A DNA stretch of 64,000 nt from Bacteroidales bacterium (GCA_045628525.1 JAZQPJ010000034.1:4061-68060), one strand, 5' to 3'. Positions 22,765-32,862 are shown, counted from the stretch's first letter. Notes: generated from the letters alone by a model not told the origin. A program made the numbers and translations.

Positions 22765-23877
22765 ATGAAAAGAAACCTCCTGTTCATCATCAATCCAATT
22801 GCTGGTATCCGTCCTAAAGATGAGATTCCGGCTTTGATACGTGAGGTGTTTGCCCAGTCGGAAGCATTTGAATTCGAGATTTGTTTCACGGAATATGCCG
22901 GACATGCCAGTGAATTGGCACATCGGGCAGTGTTGCAAGGCATTGATACGGTGGTGGCAATTGGTGGAGACGGAACCATCAATGAGACAGGTCGTAGCCT
23001 GGTTGGATCAAACGTAAAATTCGGAATTGTCCCAATGGGAAGCGGCAATGGCCTGGCTCGTCACATGCAACTGCCTTTGAGCATTCCTAATGCATTGGAG
23101 AGTATCAAGGAAGGGCATGTTGAAGCGGTGGATTATGGTACAGTTAATAATCATATCTTTTTCTGTACTGCAGGAGTAGGTCTTGATGCCAAGGTTTCTG
23201 CCAAGTTTGCAGAATCCGGGAAAAGAGGTCCGATTACTTACCTGAGAAGCTTTGTTGAACTATTGAGTGACTACAAGCCTTCGACGTATGTGATCTATAC
23301 AGATGATGGCAAGGTGCGAGAGAAAGCATTTCTCATTGCAATCGGAAATGCGTCGCAATGGGGCAACAACGCCTTCATTACACCTCACGCTTCCCTACAA
23401 GACGGATTGCTTGACATCACGCTTGTCAAACCGATGCCGCTCATAGAGATCCCACACATGGCAATGCAGCTATTTACACGTCAGCTTGACACTAATTCCA
23501 GGGTGCTGACATTTCGATCCAATCACATTCGCATAATCATGCCACATCCCGATGTTGTGCACGTCGATGGTGAGCCTATTCAGATGGATGGTGTATTGGA
23601 CATACTGACTCACGCTGGTCAGTTGAATGTAATAACACCATTACATCACACGAATGTGGTGCAAGATACCTTGCAGTTTGCCTTTGAGGATCTATATTAT
23701 AGTGTTCAGGACAATGTGCGCAAGGGAATCCGTCAGTTGGAAGAACAGAACAAACAGGTCCTAAAGGTGGCCGAAGACACCGTTACCAATGTCATGCATA
23801 ATCCATTGTTCCGATTGATGTCTTCCAATGGAGTTGAAGAAAGCAAAGACTCGAAACGAAAACAAGATAAACAATAA
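22765..23877 (+). CDS. Diacylglycerol/lipid kinase family protein (YegS/DagK-like)
   Basis: N-terminal LFIINPIAG and the GGDGTINE catalytic-domain motif. Confidence 0.85.
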   Translation: MKRNLLFIINPIAGIRPKDEIPALIREVFAQSEAFEFEICFTEYAGHASELAHRAVLQGIDTVVAIGGDGTINETGRSLVGSNVKFGIVPMGSGNGLARHMQLPLSIPNALESIKEGHVEAVDYGTVNNHIFFCTAGVGLDAKVSAKFAESGKRGPITYLRSFVELLSDYKPSTYVIYTDDGKVREKAFLIAIGNASQWGNNAFITPHASLQDGLLDITLVKPMPLIEIPHMAMQLFTRQLDTNSRVLTFRSNHIRIIMPHPDVVHVDGEPIQMDGVLDILTHAGQLNVITPLHHTNVVQDTLQFAFEDLYYSVQDNVRKGIRQLEEQNKQVLKVAEDTVTNVMHNPLFRLMSSNGVEESKDSKRKQDKQ

Positions 23878-23889
23878 AATAATTAGACT

Positions 23890-24210
23890 ATGGCAAATCA
23901 AATTGAAGACGCTATCTATGATGATGATGAGGCAGTAAAATATATTCAGGCTCATCTCCCACAAGAGGTTCAGGGCAAGTACTCTGATGATGACATTGTT
24001 CTCATCACCGACACGATGGTAGAGTATTATGAGCGAAATGGCTGGCTCGATGCAGATCCTACTGAGGAAATTGATATTGATGTTGAGGACTTGGTCAACT
24101 ATGTTTGCAATACATGTAAAAAAGATGTTGACTGTCAGTTCGATACGAATCCGGAAATGCTCCGTTGGGTGATTGAGGCAGAACTCGATTATGAAGAGTC
24201 TCTTGCTTGA
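23890..24210 (+). CDS. Hypothetical acidic protein
   Basis: A 106-aa ORF with good coding appearance and tight spacing to neighbours. I recognised no family. Confidence 0.55.
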   Translation: MANQIEDAIYDDDEAVKYIQAHLPQEVQGKYSDDDIVLITDTMVEYYERNGWLDADPTEEIDIDVEDLVNYVCNTCKKDVDCQFDTNPEMLRWVIEAELDYEESLA

Positions 24211-24245
24211 TCATTCAGTCAGGTATTCCATGGTAAACGATTTAT

Positions 24246-24920
24246 ATGCAATTAGTAAAGAATAAACATAATAAATATTTCAATACTGCATTCATTCGCG
24301 CTATATTTGTAGCGTGTGCAATACTATGTGTTTCATGCCCTCTTCATGCTCAGACGGTTGAGCGCATGTCTGACATCGAGTCAGAACTCTATGCAGCTAA
24401 TGCATTCGTCAAGGGAGATGACTATGAGACGATGAAAAATGTGCGTAATTACTGGCAAAAGGAGGTTTTACGCATGCGCTCAATGCGTCAGATAGAGTTT
24501 GCATTAACTGGAAGTCATGAAGCTGTGCTCAAGGTTACGATTCCAGCTCGCCTACTATTCAACCAGAACGATACAACTCTTATCTCATCGGCAGAAGGCA
24601 CACTTCGTCCATTTCTACGTCTGGTGCGTGGGGACGAGGCGGTTGCAACACTCATCGTAGCTGCATATACTGATAACAATGGTTCCGCGCCTTATTTGCA
24701 ACGTCTTTCCACAGGTCGGTCGAGCACTTTACACCGCTGGTTTGCACGACAAGGAGTCGGTGCGGCTTGTATCCATAGTTTTGGATTGGGCAACCGAGTG
24801 CCTCGCACCGACAATTCAAGCATCAAGGAGCGTGAGCGTAATCGAAGGATATCCCTTTATTTTGTTCCGAATAAGAAAATGCTTAAGAATGCGAAGAAAG
24901 GCAATCTTGAATTGAAATAA
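24246..24920 (+). CDS. OmpA-family (OmpA/MotB C-terminal domain) protein
   Basis: Signal/anchor region plus ...VAAYTDNNGS...LSTGRS...NRRISLYF, typical of the OmpA_C fold. Confidence 0.75.
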   Translation: MQLVKNKHNKYFNTAFIRAIFVACAILCVSCPLHAQTVERMSDIESELYAANAFVKGDDYETMKNVRNYWQKEVLRMRSMRQIEFALTGSHEAVLKVTIPARLLFNQNDTTLISSAEGTLRPFLRLVRGDEAVATLIVAAYTDNNGSAPYLQRLSTGRSSTLHRWFARQGVGAACIHSFGLGNRVPRTDNSSIKERERNRRISLYFVPNKKMLKNAKKGNLELK

Positions 24921-24953
24921 TCAATATAGTTTAAATCAATAATAAATATATTT

Positions 24954-26447
24954 ATGGCAAAAGAATTGAACAAAATGACCAAGCGCTCCGATGACTATTC
25001 GAAGTGGTATAATGACTTGGTCGTAAACGCTGACCTCGCCGAGCAGTCAGCTGTGCGTGGCTGTATGGTCATCAAGCCTTATGGCTACGCTATCTGGGAG
25101 AAGATGCAGAGCATCCTCGACGCCAAGTTCAAGCAGCAGGGCGTACAGAACGCATACTTCCCACTCCTCATCCCTAAGTCATACCTCTGCCGCGAGGCCG
25201 AGCACGTTGAGGGCTTTGCCAAGGAGTGCGCCGTTGTTACCCACTACCGCTTGAAGAACGATCCTGACGGCAATGGTGTTGTTGTCGATCCTGAGGCTCG
25301 ATTGGAGGAGGAGCTCATTGTGCGTCCAACCTCAGAGACCATCATCTGGTCAACCTATAAGAACTGGATCACCTCGCACCGCGACCTGCCAATCCTCTGC
25401 AACCAGTGGTGTAACGTGATGCGTTGGGAGATGCGTACCCGCATGTTCCTCCGCACCTCTGAGTTCCTCTGGCAGGAGGGACACACCGCTCACGCCACCA
25501 AGGAGGAGGCTGGCGAGATGGCTATGAAGATGATCAACGTGTATGGCGACTTTGCCGAGAACTACATGGCTGTGCCTGTGATCAAGGGTCCTAAGTCGCC
25601 AAACGAGCGCTTCGCCGGTGCCCTCGACACCTTCACCATCGAGGCTATGATGCAGGATGGCAAAGCCCTCCAGGCAGGTACTTCGCACTTCCTCGGCCAG
25701 AACTTCGCCAAGGCTTTCGACGTAATGTTCACCAATAAGGAGAACAAACAGGAGTATGTTTGGGCAACCTCATGGGGCGTTTCGACCCGACTGATGGGTG
25801 CGCTCATCATGACCCACTCTGACGACAACGGCCTCGTGCTGCCTCCAAAGCTTGCTCCAATTCAGGTTGTCATCGTGCCTATCTACAAGAAGCCAGAGGA
25901 GCTCGCTGCTCTCACCGAGCGCATCCAGCCATGGGTTGACGCACTCCGCGACAAGGGCGTGAGCGTGAAGTACGACGATGCTGACAACAAGAAACCAGGT
26001 TGGAAGTTCTCTGAGTACGAGCTCAAGGGCATTCCAGTACGTATCGCCATGGGTCCTCGCGACCTGGAGAACGGCACGCTCGAGATCATGCGTCGTGACA
26101 CACTCGAGAAGGAGACCATCTCGCAGGAGGGCATCGTAGAGCACGTTGTGACTCTGCTCGACGACATCCAGGAGGGCATCTTCCAGAAGGCCAAGGCCAT
26201 GCGCGACGGCTATATCCGCCGTGTTGATACCTGGGACGACTTCAAGACCGAGATCGAGAAGGGCGGCTTCCTCCTTTGCCACTGGGACGGCACCACCGAA
26301 ACAGAGGAGCGCATCAAGGCCGAAACCAAGGCTACCATCCGCTGCATCCCATTCGAGGCACAGGATCCTGCCGACCTCGAGCCAGGCTTCGACATTCTCA
26401 CCGGCAAGCCATCTGCACGTCGCGTGCTGTTTGCTCGTTCATACTAA
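24954..26447 (+). CDS. proS: Proline--tRNA ligase (archaeal/eukaryotic-type class II)
   Basis: 497 aa with [23 protein letters not shown] and a C-terminal ProRS-C1 domain. Confidence 0.95.
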   Translation: MAKELNKMTKRSDDYSKWYNDLVVNADLAEQSAVRGCMVIKPYGYAIWEKMQSILDAKFKQQGVQNAYFPLLIPKSYLCREAEHVEGFAKECAVVTHYRLKNDPDGNGVVVDPEARLEEELIVRPTSETIIWSTYKNWITSHRDLPILCNQWCNVMRWEMRTRMFLRTSEFLWQEGHTAHATKEEAGEMAMKMINVYGDFAENYMAVPVIKGPKSPNERFAGALDTFTIEAMMQDGKALQAGTSHFLGQNFAKAFDVMFTNKENKQEYVWATSWGVSTRLMGALIMTHSDDNGLVLPPKLAPIQVVIVPIYKKPEELAALTERIQPWVDALRDKGVSVKYDDADNKKPGWKFSEYELKGIPVRIAMGPRDLENGTLEIMRRDTLEKETISQEGIVEHVVTLLDDIQEGIFQKAKAMRDGYIRRVDTWDDFKTEIEKGGFLLCHWDGTTETEERIKAETKATIRCIPFEAQDPADLEPGFDILTGKPSARRVLFARSY

Positions 26448-26455
26448 GGGAAAAT

Positions 26456-26541
26456 AGAGTTCGAAAGGTTTGAGAGATTTGAAAAGTATGTATTTGATAA
26501 CACTCTCGAACATTTCGAACTTCTCAAACTCTCAGATTCAA
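26456..26541. repeat. Intergenic palindromic element of the TTYGARG family, exactly filling the proS-pnuC spacer
   Basis: The left arm GTTCGAAAGGTTTGAGAGATTTGAAAAG faces the right arm CTCTCGAACATTTCGAACTTCTCAAACTCTCAGATTCAAA. The 18-mer at 26459-26476 is identical to 1429-1446. Confidence 0.85.
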
Positions 26542-27333
26542 ATGAGAAATAAATATACCACCCTTTTGAAGCTCACATTTCGCAGCCTCAATTGGTTTGA
26601 GATCATGCTGCTGCTGGCGATTCTGTCGCTGGCAGTGGCATCTTTCGTCATTAAGGGATCGTTCACGATCAATTCTGTCATCGCAGCTGTGGCCGCCATC
26701 TTAGGCGTTTTCTGCGTCGTGCTGGGTGCCAAGGGTTCGATGGCCAACTGGCTGTTTGGTATCGTTGAGGCATTCCTGCATATTTATATATGTTTTTGCA
26801 CGCACATCTACGGCGACTTTCTGCAACGATTGTTCTACAATCTGCCCATGCAGTTTGTGGGATGGAAGACGTGGGGCAAACGCAAGCGTCATGACAACTC
26901 GGGCACCATACATACCCGTTACATGACGTGGCGCCAGCGTGGCATCACGTTGCTCTCGGTCATCGTGGGAACGTTCGTGCTTGGCGAATTCCTCATTTAT
27001 TTCGGCCCTTGGATGATTCAAGCCATTACCTCGTTGTTCGATTCGATGGGATGGGGCGAGGTGTCGTTCAAGACGCTCAAGATGGATTATGACACGCAGT
27101 CGCAGCTCTGGCTCGACTCGTTCACCACCGTTATGAGCATCATCACGATGATCGTTTCGGTCAAGGCGTTCGTCGAGCAGTGGTATATGTGGCTCTTCAT
27201 CAACGTGGCATACATCGCCATGTGGCTTATGTCCGATTCTGACTTCTCGTTCATGACCGTAGCCAAATACAGCGTCTATCTCATCAATTCGTTCTACGGC
27301 ATCTATATGTGGAACAAGTTGAGCAAGAATTGA
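26542..27333 (+). CDS. pnuC: Nicotinamide riboside transporter PnuC
   Basis: A multi-TM protein with family-typical NWLFGIV and W..W motifs. The start was set at MRNKYTT. Confidence 0.85.
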   Translation: MRNKYTTLLKLTFRSLNWFEIMLLLAILSLAVASFVIKGSFTINSVIAAVAAILGVFCVVLGAKGSMANWLFGIVEAFLHIYICFCTHIYGDFLQRLFYNLPMQFVGWKTWGKRKRHDNSGTIHTRYMTWRQRGITLLSVIVGTFVLGEFLIYFGPWMIQAITSLFDSMGWGEVSFKTLKMDYDTQSQLWLDSFTTVMSIITMIVSVKAFVEQWYMWLFINVAYIAMWLMSDSDFSFMTVAKYSVYLINSFYGIYMWNKLSKN

Positions 27334-27337
27334 ATCT

Positions 27338-27345
27338 TACCTTTG
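27338..27345 (+). promoter_or_regulatory. -7 promoter box (TACCTTTG) for hisB
   Basis: Matches TAnnTTTG about 22 nt upstream of ATG 27367. Confidence 0.45.
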
Positions 27346-27366
27346 TGTAATTTTAATTTCATAGAT

Positions 27367-28575
27367 ATGAAAAAGTGTCTCTTCATAGATCGTGACGGCA
27401 CGCTGGTTGTTGAACCGCCCATCACCGAGCAGATTGACAGCTTCGAGCAGGTCGAGTTCCTGCCGCGTGTCATCCAGAACCTCTCGTTCATCCGCCATAC
27501 GCTCGATTATGACTTCATCATCGTGAGCAATCAGGATGGCTTGGGCACGCCTGCCAATCCGTTGAAGCGATTCAAGCAGATCAACGACTTCATCTTCCGT
27601 GTGTTCCACACCGAGGGCGTTGATTTTGAGGCGATGCACTTCGATGAGCATTACCCGGACGATTTCCATCCCAACCGCAAGCCAGAGACAGGTATGCTCA
27701 CCAAGTACATCGAGGGAAGCAAACCTGCTAAGGAAGGGGAGGAGCCAGAATATGACCTGGTCAACAGCTTTGTGATCGGCGATCGCCTGACCGATATTGA
27801 GCTCGCCAAGAATCTCGGTTGCAAGGGAATCCTTCTGGCGCAGAATGGCACGGTAGATGAGTGCCGCGAGTGGCTGCAGGAGTCGAACCTCACCGAGCAT
27901 TGTGCGCTCATCGCTGCCGATTGGGATGCGATTGCTGCCTTCCTCTTTGCTGGCGAGCGTCGTGCCGAAGTGACACGCACCACGAAAGAAACCGACATCC
28001 ACATCACCATCGACCTCGACGGAACAGGTCGCACCCAGATCTCTACGGGCCTTGGTTTCTTCGATCACATGCTCGAGCAGATTGGCAAGCACAGCGGCAT
28101 GGACCTGACCATTCAGGTAAAGGGCGACCTTAACGTCGATGAGCATCACACCATCGAGGACACAGGCATCGCGCTGGGTGAGTGCATCGCCAAGGCATTG
28201 GGAAACAAGCGCGGCATCGGCCGCTATGGTTTCTGTCTGCCTATGGACGATTGCCTCTGCACAGTGGAGACAGATTTCGGTCATGCCTCTGAGACCAAAA
28301 CACAGGTAGCGCTCGACTTCGGAGGCCGTCCTTGGCTCGTGTGGGATGCAGAGTTTCATCGCGAGAAGGTGGGCGACATGCCTACCGAGATGTTCCTGCA
28401 CTTCTTCAAGTCGTTTGCTGACAGCGCCCGCATCAACCTCAACATCAAGGCTGAGGGCGAGAATGAGCATCACAAGATTGAGGGTATCTTCAAGGCTCTG
28501 GCTCGTAGCCTCCAGATGGCCATTCGTCGCGACATCCATCACTTCCAGCTTCCATCGAGCAAGGGTGTGCTCTGA
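27367..28575 (+). CDS. hisB: Bifunctional histidinol-phosphatase / imidazoleglycerol-phosphate dehydratase
   Basis: HAD motif FIDRDGTL at the N-terminus; IGPD motifs HHTIED and [10 protein letters not shown]. Confidence 0.95.
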   Translation: MKKCLFIDRDGTLVVEPPITEQIDSFEQVEFLPRVIQNLSFIRHTLDYDFIIVSNQDGLGTPANPLKRFKQINDFIFRVFHTEGVDFEAMHFDEHYPDDFHPNRKPETGMLTKYIEGSKPAKEGEEPEYDLVNSFVIGDRLTDIELAKNLGCKGILLAQNGTVDECREWLQESNLTEHCALIAADWDAIAAFLFAGERRAEVTRTTKETDIHITIDLDGTGRTQISTGLGFFDHMLEQIGKHSGMDLTIQVKGDLNVDEHHTIEDTGIALGECIAKALGNKRGIGRYGFCLPMDDCLCTVETDFGHASETKTQVALDFGGRPWLVWDAEFHREKVGDMPTEMFLHFFKSFADSARINLNIKAEGENEHHKIEGIFKALARSLQMAIRRDIHHFQLPSSKGVL

Positions 28576-28632
28576 TGTGCCTCATCAGGTGCTATGTAGA
28601 TTCAGTATTTATTATTCTCAAAACAAACAGCA

Positions 28633-29580
28633 ATGCAATATCATGAAATAGGAAATACCGGCATGAAGGTCTCCGCCCTTTCGTTTGGAGCCTCTTCGCT
28701 GGGTGGGGTGTTCCGCAACATCAATGAGAGCGAAGCCATCAACGCTGTCTTCACGGCCGTGGAGGGTGGCATGAACTTCATCGACGTGTCGCCTTACTAC
28801 GGTCACTACAAGGCCGAAACCGTGTTGGGCAAGGCGCTGAAGGAGCTGCCACGCGACAAGTATTATCTCTCGACCAAGGTGGGCCGCTATGGCAAAGATG
28901 GTGTCAATACCTGGGATTATAGCGCCGAGCGTGTCACTGCCAGCGTCTATGAGAGCATGGAGCGCCTGAACATCGAGCACATCGACCTGATTAACGTGCA
29001 CGACATCGAGTTCCAGGCATCCCTGCCCGGCGGCTTGCAGAAGGTGGCTGAAGAGACGTTGCCAGCTTTGGTCGAGCTCAAGAAGAAAGGCATAGTGAGC
29101 CACGTAGGCATCACCGACCTTCAGCCGGAGAACATCAAGTGGGTGATCGAGCACGTCGAGCCAGGTACGGTGGAGGCCACCCTCTGCTTCTGCCACTATT
29201 CGCTCAACGATGAGCTGCTCAACGAGTACTTCGACTTCTTCGAAGCCAACAACGTAGGCATCATCAATGCCTCGCCACTCTCAATGGGTCTGCTGTCATC
29301 GCGTGGTGTTCCTGACTGGCATCCTGCCCCCAAGGCATTGGTCGAGGCATGTCAGCGTGCTGTGCAGCATTGCAACGCCAAGGGCTATCCGATCGAGAAA
29401 CTCGCCATCCAGTACGCCATCAGCAACCCTCGCATCGCCACCACGCTGTTCAGTTCGGCCAATCCTGTGAATGTTCAGAAGAATATCGAGTACGCTGAGG
29501 CACCTATCGACTGGGATCTGGTGCGCGAGGTGCAGGAAATCATTGGCGACCAGATGCGTGTTCGTTGGAAGAATTCATAA
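28633..29580 (+). CDS. Aldo/keto reductase, aldose 1-dehydrogenase type (L-galactose/L-fucose dehydrogenase-like)
   Basis: AKR fold motifs (GASSLGG, FIDVSPYYG, LSTKVGRY) in the context of a lactonase and a Zn-ADH. Confidence 0.75.
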   Translation: MQYHEIGNTGMKVSALSFGASSLGGVFRNINESEAINAVFTAVEGGMNFIDVSPYYGHYKAETVLGKALKELPRDKYYLSTKVGRYGKDGVNTWDYSAERVTASVYESMERLNIEHIDLINVHDIEFQASLPGGLQKVAEETLPALVELKKKGIVSHVGITDLQPENIKWVIEHVEPGTVEATLCFCHYSLNDELLNEYFDFFEANNVGIINASPLSMGLLSSRGVPDWHPAPKALVEACQRAVQHCNAKGYPIEKLAIQYAISNPRIATTLFSSANPVNVQKNIEYAEAPIDWDLVREVQEIIGDQMRVRWKNS

Positions 29581-29602
29581 CTTTTCAAACTCTACAAATT
29601 CC

Positions 29603-30529
29603 ATGTTAGTCATCGATGCCCACAGCCACCTTTGGCTGAAACAAGATACCATGGTCAACGGCCAGCCGATACGGACGTTGTCGCCCAATGGCTCGCGCTC
29701 GCTCTTCTTTGGCAAGGAGGTGCAGATGATGCCGCCGTTCATGATTGACGGTCGCAATACCGCCGAGGTGTTCCTCTCGAACATGGACTTTGCCCAGGTG
29801 ACTGCTGCCGTGGTGGTGCAGGAGTTCATCGACGGCGAGCAGAATGACTACCTGCGTGAGGTTTCGCAGCAATACCCCGACCGATTCAAGGTGTGTGCCA
29901 TGTGCGAGGTTCGCAAGCCAGGATTCCTGGAGGAGGCAAAACGTCTCATCGCCATTGGTGCATACGCCGGCATTGCCATCCCTGGTCATCGTCTGCAGTT
30001 GCCCGAAGGTGTGCGCCGCCTGAACGATCCGGAGTTCATGGCTATGTATCAGTTGCTTGACGATGCTGGCATGTACCTCTCGCTCTGTCTGCATGAGGAC
30101 AATTCGCAGCTCGCAGAAGTAGAGGAGATCGTGGCTCGTTTCCCGAACCTGCGCATCGCCATCGGTCACTTCGGCATGGTGACCTATCCAAACTGGATGG
30201 CTCAGATCCGATTGGCTCGTCACCCCAACGTCTATGTGGAGGCAGGTGGCATCACGTGGCTGTTCAATGACGAAGGCTATCCTTATCCAGGTGCCGTGCA
30301 GGCCATTCGCGAAGCAGCGGATGAGGTGGGCATTGAGAAACTGATGTGGGGCAGCGACTACCCCCGCACCATTTCGGTGATTACCTATCGCATGGCATAC
30401 GACTTCGTGCTCAAGTCGGACGTCTTGTCCGAACGCGAGAAGGAGCTCTTCCTGGGCGAGAATGCGCGCAAATTCTATGGATTTGGAGCATTGCCCGAGA
30501 TGCCATATATTCACCACATGGCAGAATAA
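29603..30529 (+). CDS. Amidohydrolase_2 family sugar lactonase (L-galactono/L-fucono-1,5-lactonase-like)
   Basis: Starts MLVIDAHSHLW (HxH metal motif) and has the C-terminal WGSDYP motif. The start was set at ATG 29603. Confidence 0.75.
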   Translation: MLVIDAHSHLWLKQDTMVNGQPIRTLSPNGSRSLFFGKEVQMMPPFMIDGRNTAEVFLSNMDFAQVTAAVVVQEFIDGEQNDYLREVSQQYPDRFKVCAMCEVRKPGFLEEAKRLIAIGAYAGIAIPGHRLQLPEGVRRLNDPEFMAMYQLLDDAGMYLSLCLHEDNSQLAEVEEIVARFPNLRIAIGHFGMVTYPNWMAQIRLARHPNVYVEAGGITWLFNDEGYPYPGAVQAIREAADEVGIEKLMWGSDYPRTISVITYRMAYDFVLKSDVLSEREKELFLGENARKFYGFGALPEMPYIHHMAE

Positions 30530-30550
30530 CTAAAGATTACAAAATTAAAT

Positions 30551-31567
30551 ATGAAAGCTGTACAAATTTCTGAAATAGGCAAGTTAGAGGTAATCCAGAT
30601 GGAGAAGCCCGCTTACGGTGACCATGAAGTATTGATCCGTCTGGCATACGTAGGCTTCTGCGGCTCGGACATCAACACCTGGCGAGGACGCAATGCCATG
30701 GCCAAGATGCCGGTGATTCCTGGCCACGAAGTAGGCGGCATTATCGAAGCAGTAGGCAAGGAGGTGCCCGAAGGTTTGAAGCCAGGCATGACCGTGACTG
30801 TAAATCCCTACACCAACTGCGGCAAGTGTGCATCGTGCCGCAATGGTCGTGTCAATGCCTGTCAGCACAACGAGACCCTGGGCGTGCAGCGTGACGGTGC
30901 CATGCGCGAATACATCGCCCTGCCTTGGGAGAAGGTGATCCCTGCCGGATTGCTCACCCCACGCAACTGTGCTTTGATCGAGCCAATGAGTGTGGGCTTC
31001 CATGCCGTTTCGCGTGCCGAAGTAACTGACATCGACGTGGTTCTGGTCATCGGCTGTGGTATGGTCGGCTTGGGTGCTGTGGTGCGTGCTGCCCAGCGTG
31101 GCGCTACCGTAGTGGCTGCTGACATCGACGATGACAAGCTGGCTTTGGCTCGTCGCATGGGTGCCAGCTACACGGTCAACACCCTGACCGAAGATGTTCA
31201 CGCTCGTATGCTGGAGTGCACCTCGGGCTTCGGTCCTGATGTGGTCATCGAGGCCGTGGGAAGCGCACAGACTTACCAGATGGCTGTTGATGAGGTGGCC
31301 TTCACCGGTCGCGTGATCTGCATCGGCTATGCCAAGAGCGAGGTGTCGTTCCAGACAAAGTACTTCGTGCAAAAGGAACTTGACATCCGCGGCTCACGCA
31401 ACGCCATGCCTTCGGATTTCCGTGCCGTGATCCATTATCTGGAGCGTGGCACCTGTCCGATGGACGAACTCATCTCGCGCATCGTTGAGCCTGAAGGCTG
31501 CGAGGATGTGATGGAATGGTGGGACAAGAATCCGGGTAAGGTGTTCCGAATCCTCGTTCAGTTTTGA
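30551..31567 (+). CDS. Zinc-dependent medium-chain dehydrogenase (L-galactonate 5-dehydrogenase-like)
   Basis: GHEVGG, structural Zn site CGKCASCRNG and the Rossmann motif GCGMVG. Confidence 0.8.
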   Translation: MKAVQISEIGKLEVIQMEKPAYGDHEVLIRLAYVGFCGSDINTWRGRNAMAKMPVIPGHEVGGIIEAVGKEVPEGLKPGMTVTVNPYTNCGKCASCRNGRVNACQHNETLGVQRDGAMREYIALPWEKVIPAGLLTPRNCALIEPMSVGFHAVSRAEVTDIDVVLVIGCGMVGLGAVVRAAQRGATVVAADIDDDKLALARRMGASYTVNTLTEDVHARMLECTSGFGPDVVIEAVGSAQTYQMAVDEVAFTGRVICIGYAKSEVSFQTKYFVQKELDIRGSRNAMPSDFRAVIHYLERGTCPMDELISRIVEPEGCEDVMEWWDKNPGKVFRILVQF

Positions 31568-31593
31568 GATTCCGTATCCAGGATCAGGAAATG

Positions 31594-31662
31594 AAATTGT
31601 GCCTGCACAAATTGTCTGTCCGAGATGTTGACAGAGAATTGTGCAGGCACAATTTTTTTTTT
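31594..31662 (+). terminator. Rho-independent terminator with a long perfect stem
   Basis: TTGTGCCTGCACAA ... TTGTGCAGGCACAA followed by T10. Confidence 0.8.
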
Positions 31663-31672
31663 GTTCTAAGTT

Positions 31673-32719
31673 TTATCTGCGGCCGCCACGTTCACCATGG
31701 CTTCCACCACCGTGGTTGCCGTGGTTGTTGCCGTTGCCTTCGCTACGGTTGCCATGGCTACCTGATGAACGCTCGTGTGAGCGGGTTCCTCCATTGGCTC
31801 GTTGCTCGTGCGAATGAGCGGCCTGGTTTGAACGCTGATCGTGAGAACGGTTGGCAGAAGAGCGTTCCGATGAACGATGCTGCTTTTCAGGGCGGATATT
31901 GCCTTGGTTGCCATGTTTGTTGTTGCCACCTTGGCCAGCATTGCCATGGTTACCGTGGTTGTTTCCGCCGCCTTGACCGGCATTGCCATGGTCGTTGTGA
32001 CCGCCGTTGCTGTGGTCGTTGCGGTTGCCATGACCACCATTGTTGTGACCGCCGTTGCCATGGTTGTTGTTGTGGCCACCAGGACGTGCGTCGTGGTTGT
32101 TGTGTCCGTTGCTGTTATGATGGCCACCATGATCGCGGTGATGGTAACGATTGCCAAAATCGTTGTGACGATGGGTTTCGTAATGAGGACCGCGGAGGAT
32201 AGGAGCGGGGACAGCGTGATGTGGGTGGCTGTAACGATTCACGTAGAAGCCGCCATGATGATGGTGGTGGCTGTGCAGGCCGTGGTAGGTATGATAGCAG
32301 TTGGGCAAACCATAATAGTAATAGTGATGGTTGTGATATACATCATAGATGCGGAATGCCCAGCGACGTGCTGTGGTGTAGATTGGACGGAAGAAATAGT
32401 CCAAACCCATGAAGATGCCGTACTGTGTAGCGTTGAGGATGTAACGCAGATCCTCGTTGCGGTAGTCGAGATAGTCGTAGTATGTGTCGATGGCATCAGA
32501 GTAGCCATACACTACATCGTCCATCAGGTTATTTGCCTCGTAGATGAAGTCGTAGTTGACCTCAAAGCAGTCTTCGTACTGAGCAGGGGTGAGCTGCAAC
32601 TCGTAAGCCATGCGGTCGGTGAGGAAACGTGCTGTCTCACGAATGCGTGCATCGCTCATTGCCATTACGCTCATCAGGGTGAGCAGCGGCAGGGCCAGGG
32701 TTAGAAAAAGTCTTTTCAT
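31673..32719 (-). CDS. Secreted protein with a conserved Tyr-rich N-terminal domain and a very long His/Asn/Gly-rich tail (paralog of 15256-16047)
   Basis: Signal peptide MKRLFLTLALPLLTLMSVMA. The N-terminal domain is homologous to the 15256 product. The tail is full of HGN/HNN/GGH repeats. Confidence 0.8.
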   Translation of the reverse strand: MKRLFLTLALPLLTLMSVMAMSDARIRETARFLTDRMAYELQLTPAQYEDCFEVNYDFIYEANNLMDDVVYGYSDAIDTYYDYLDYRNEDLRYILNATQYGIFMGLDYFFRPIYTTARRWAFRIYDVYHNHHYYYYGLPNCYHTYHGLHSHHHHHGGFYVNRYSHPHHAVPAPILRGPHYETHRHNDFGNRYHHRDHGGHHNSNGHNNHDARPGGHNNNHGNGGHNNGGHGNRNDHSNGGHNDHGNAGQGGGNNHGNHGNAGQGGNNKHGNQGNIRPEKQHRSSERSSANRSHDQRSNQAAHSHEQRANGGTRSHERSSGSHGNRSEGNGNNHGNHGGGSHGERGGRR

Positions 32720-32823
32720 AGTTCAAAGGTATTTATGTGTAACTATTATTGTTTCCTTTGTGCAACAAGCTTTACCCACTTGTTTGATTATAAGACGAAC
32801 AGATGGACGAATGGTTTAAAACA

Positions 32824-32862
32824 AATGCATCCCGACTACCAGTTTGATAATCGGGATGCATT
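32824..32862 (-). terminator. Hairpin terminator downstream of pfp
   Basis: AATGCATCCCGA/TCGGGATGCATT, a 12-bp perfect stem with U-rich sequence following on the minus strand. Confidence 0.7.

Noticed and set aside
28255-28310. Possible in-frame insertion in HisB ([16 protein letters not shown] within the IGPD domain)
   Set aside because: From memory, other HisB proteins look shorter here. However, I see no clear repeat or palindrome in the DNA and cannot align without tools, so this is left as unverified.
27337-28542. Long antisense ORF (401 aa) opposite hisB, and similar shadow ORFs (18301-19281, 20058-21065, 29606-30517, 30584-31372, 55605-56567, 56625-57785, 60881-61726)
   Set aside because: Each lies antisense to a gene with unmistakable family motifs. 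Their products are low-complexity and rich in Arg/Ala/His/Leu, as is typical of GC-rich shadow frames.
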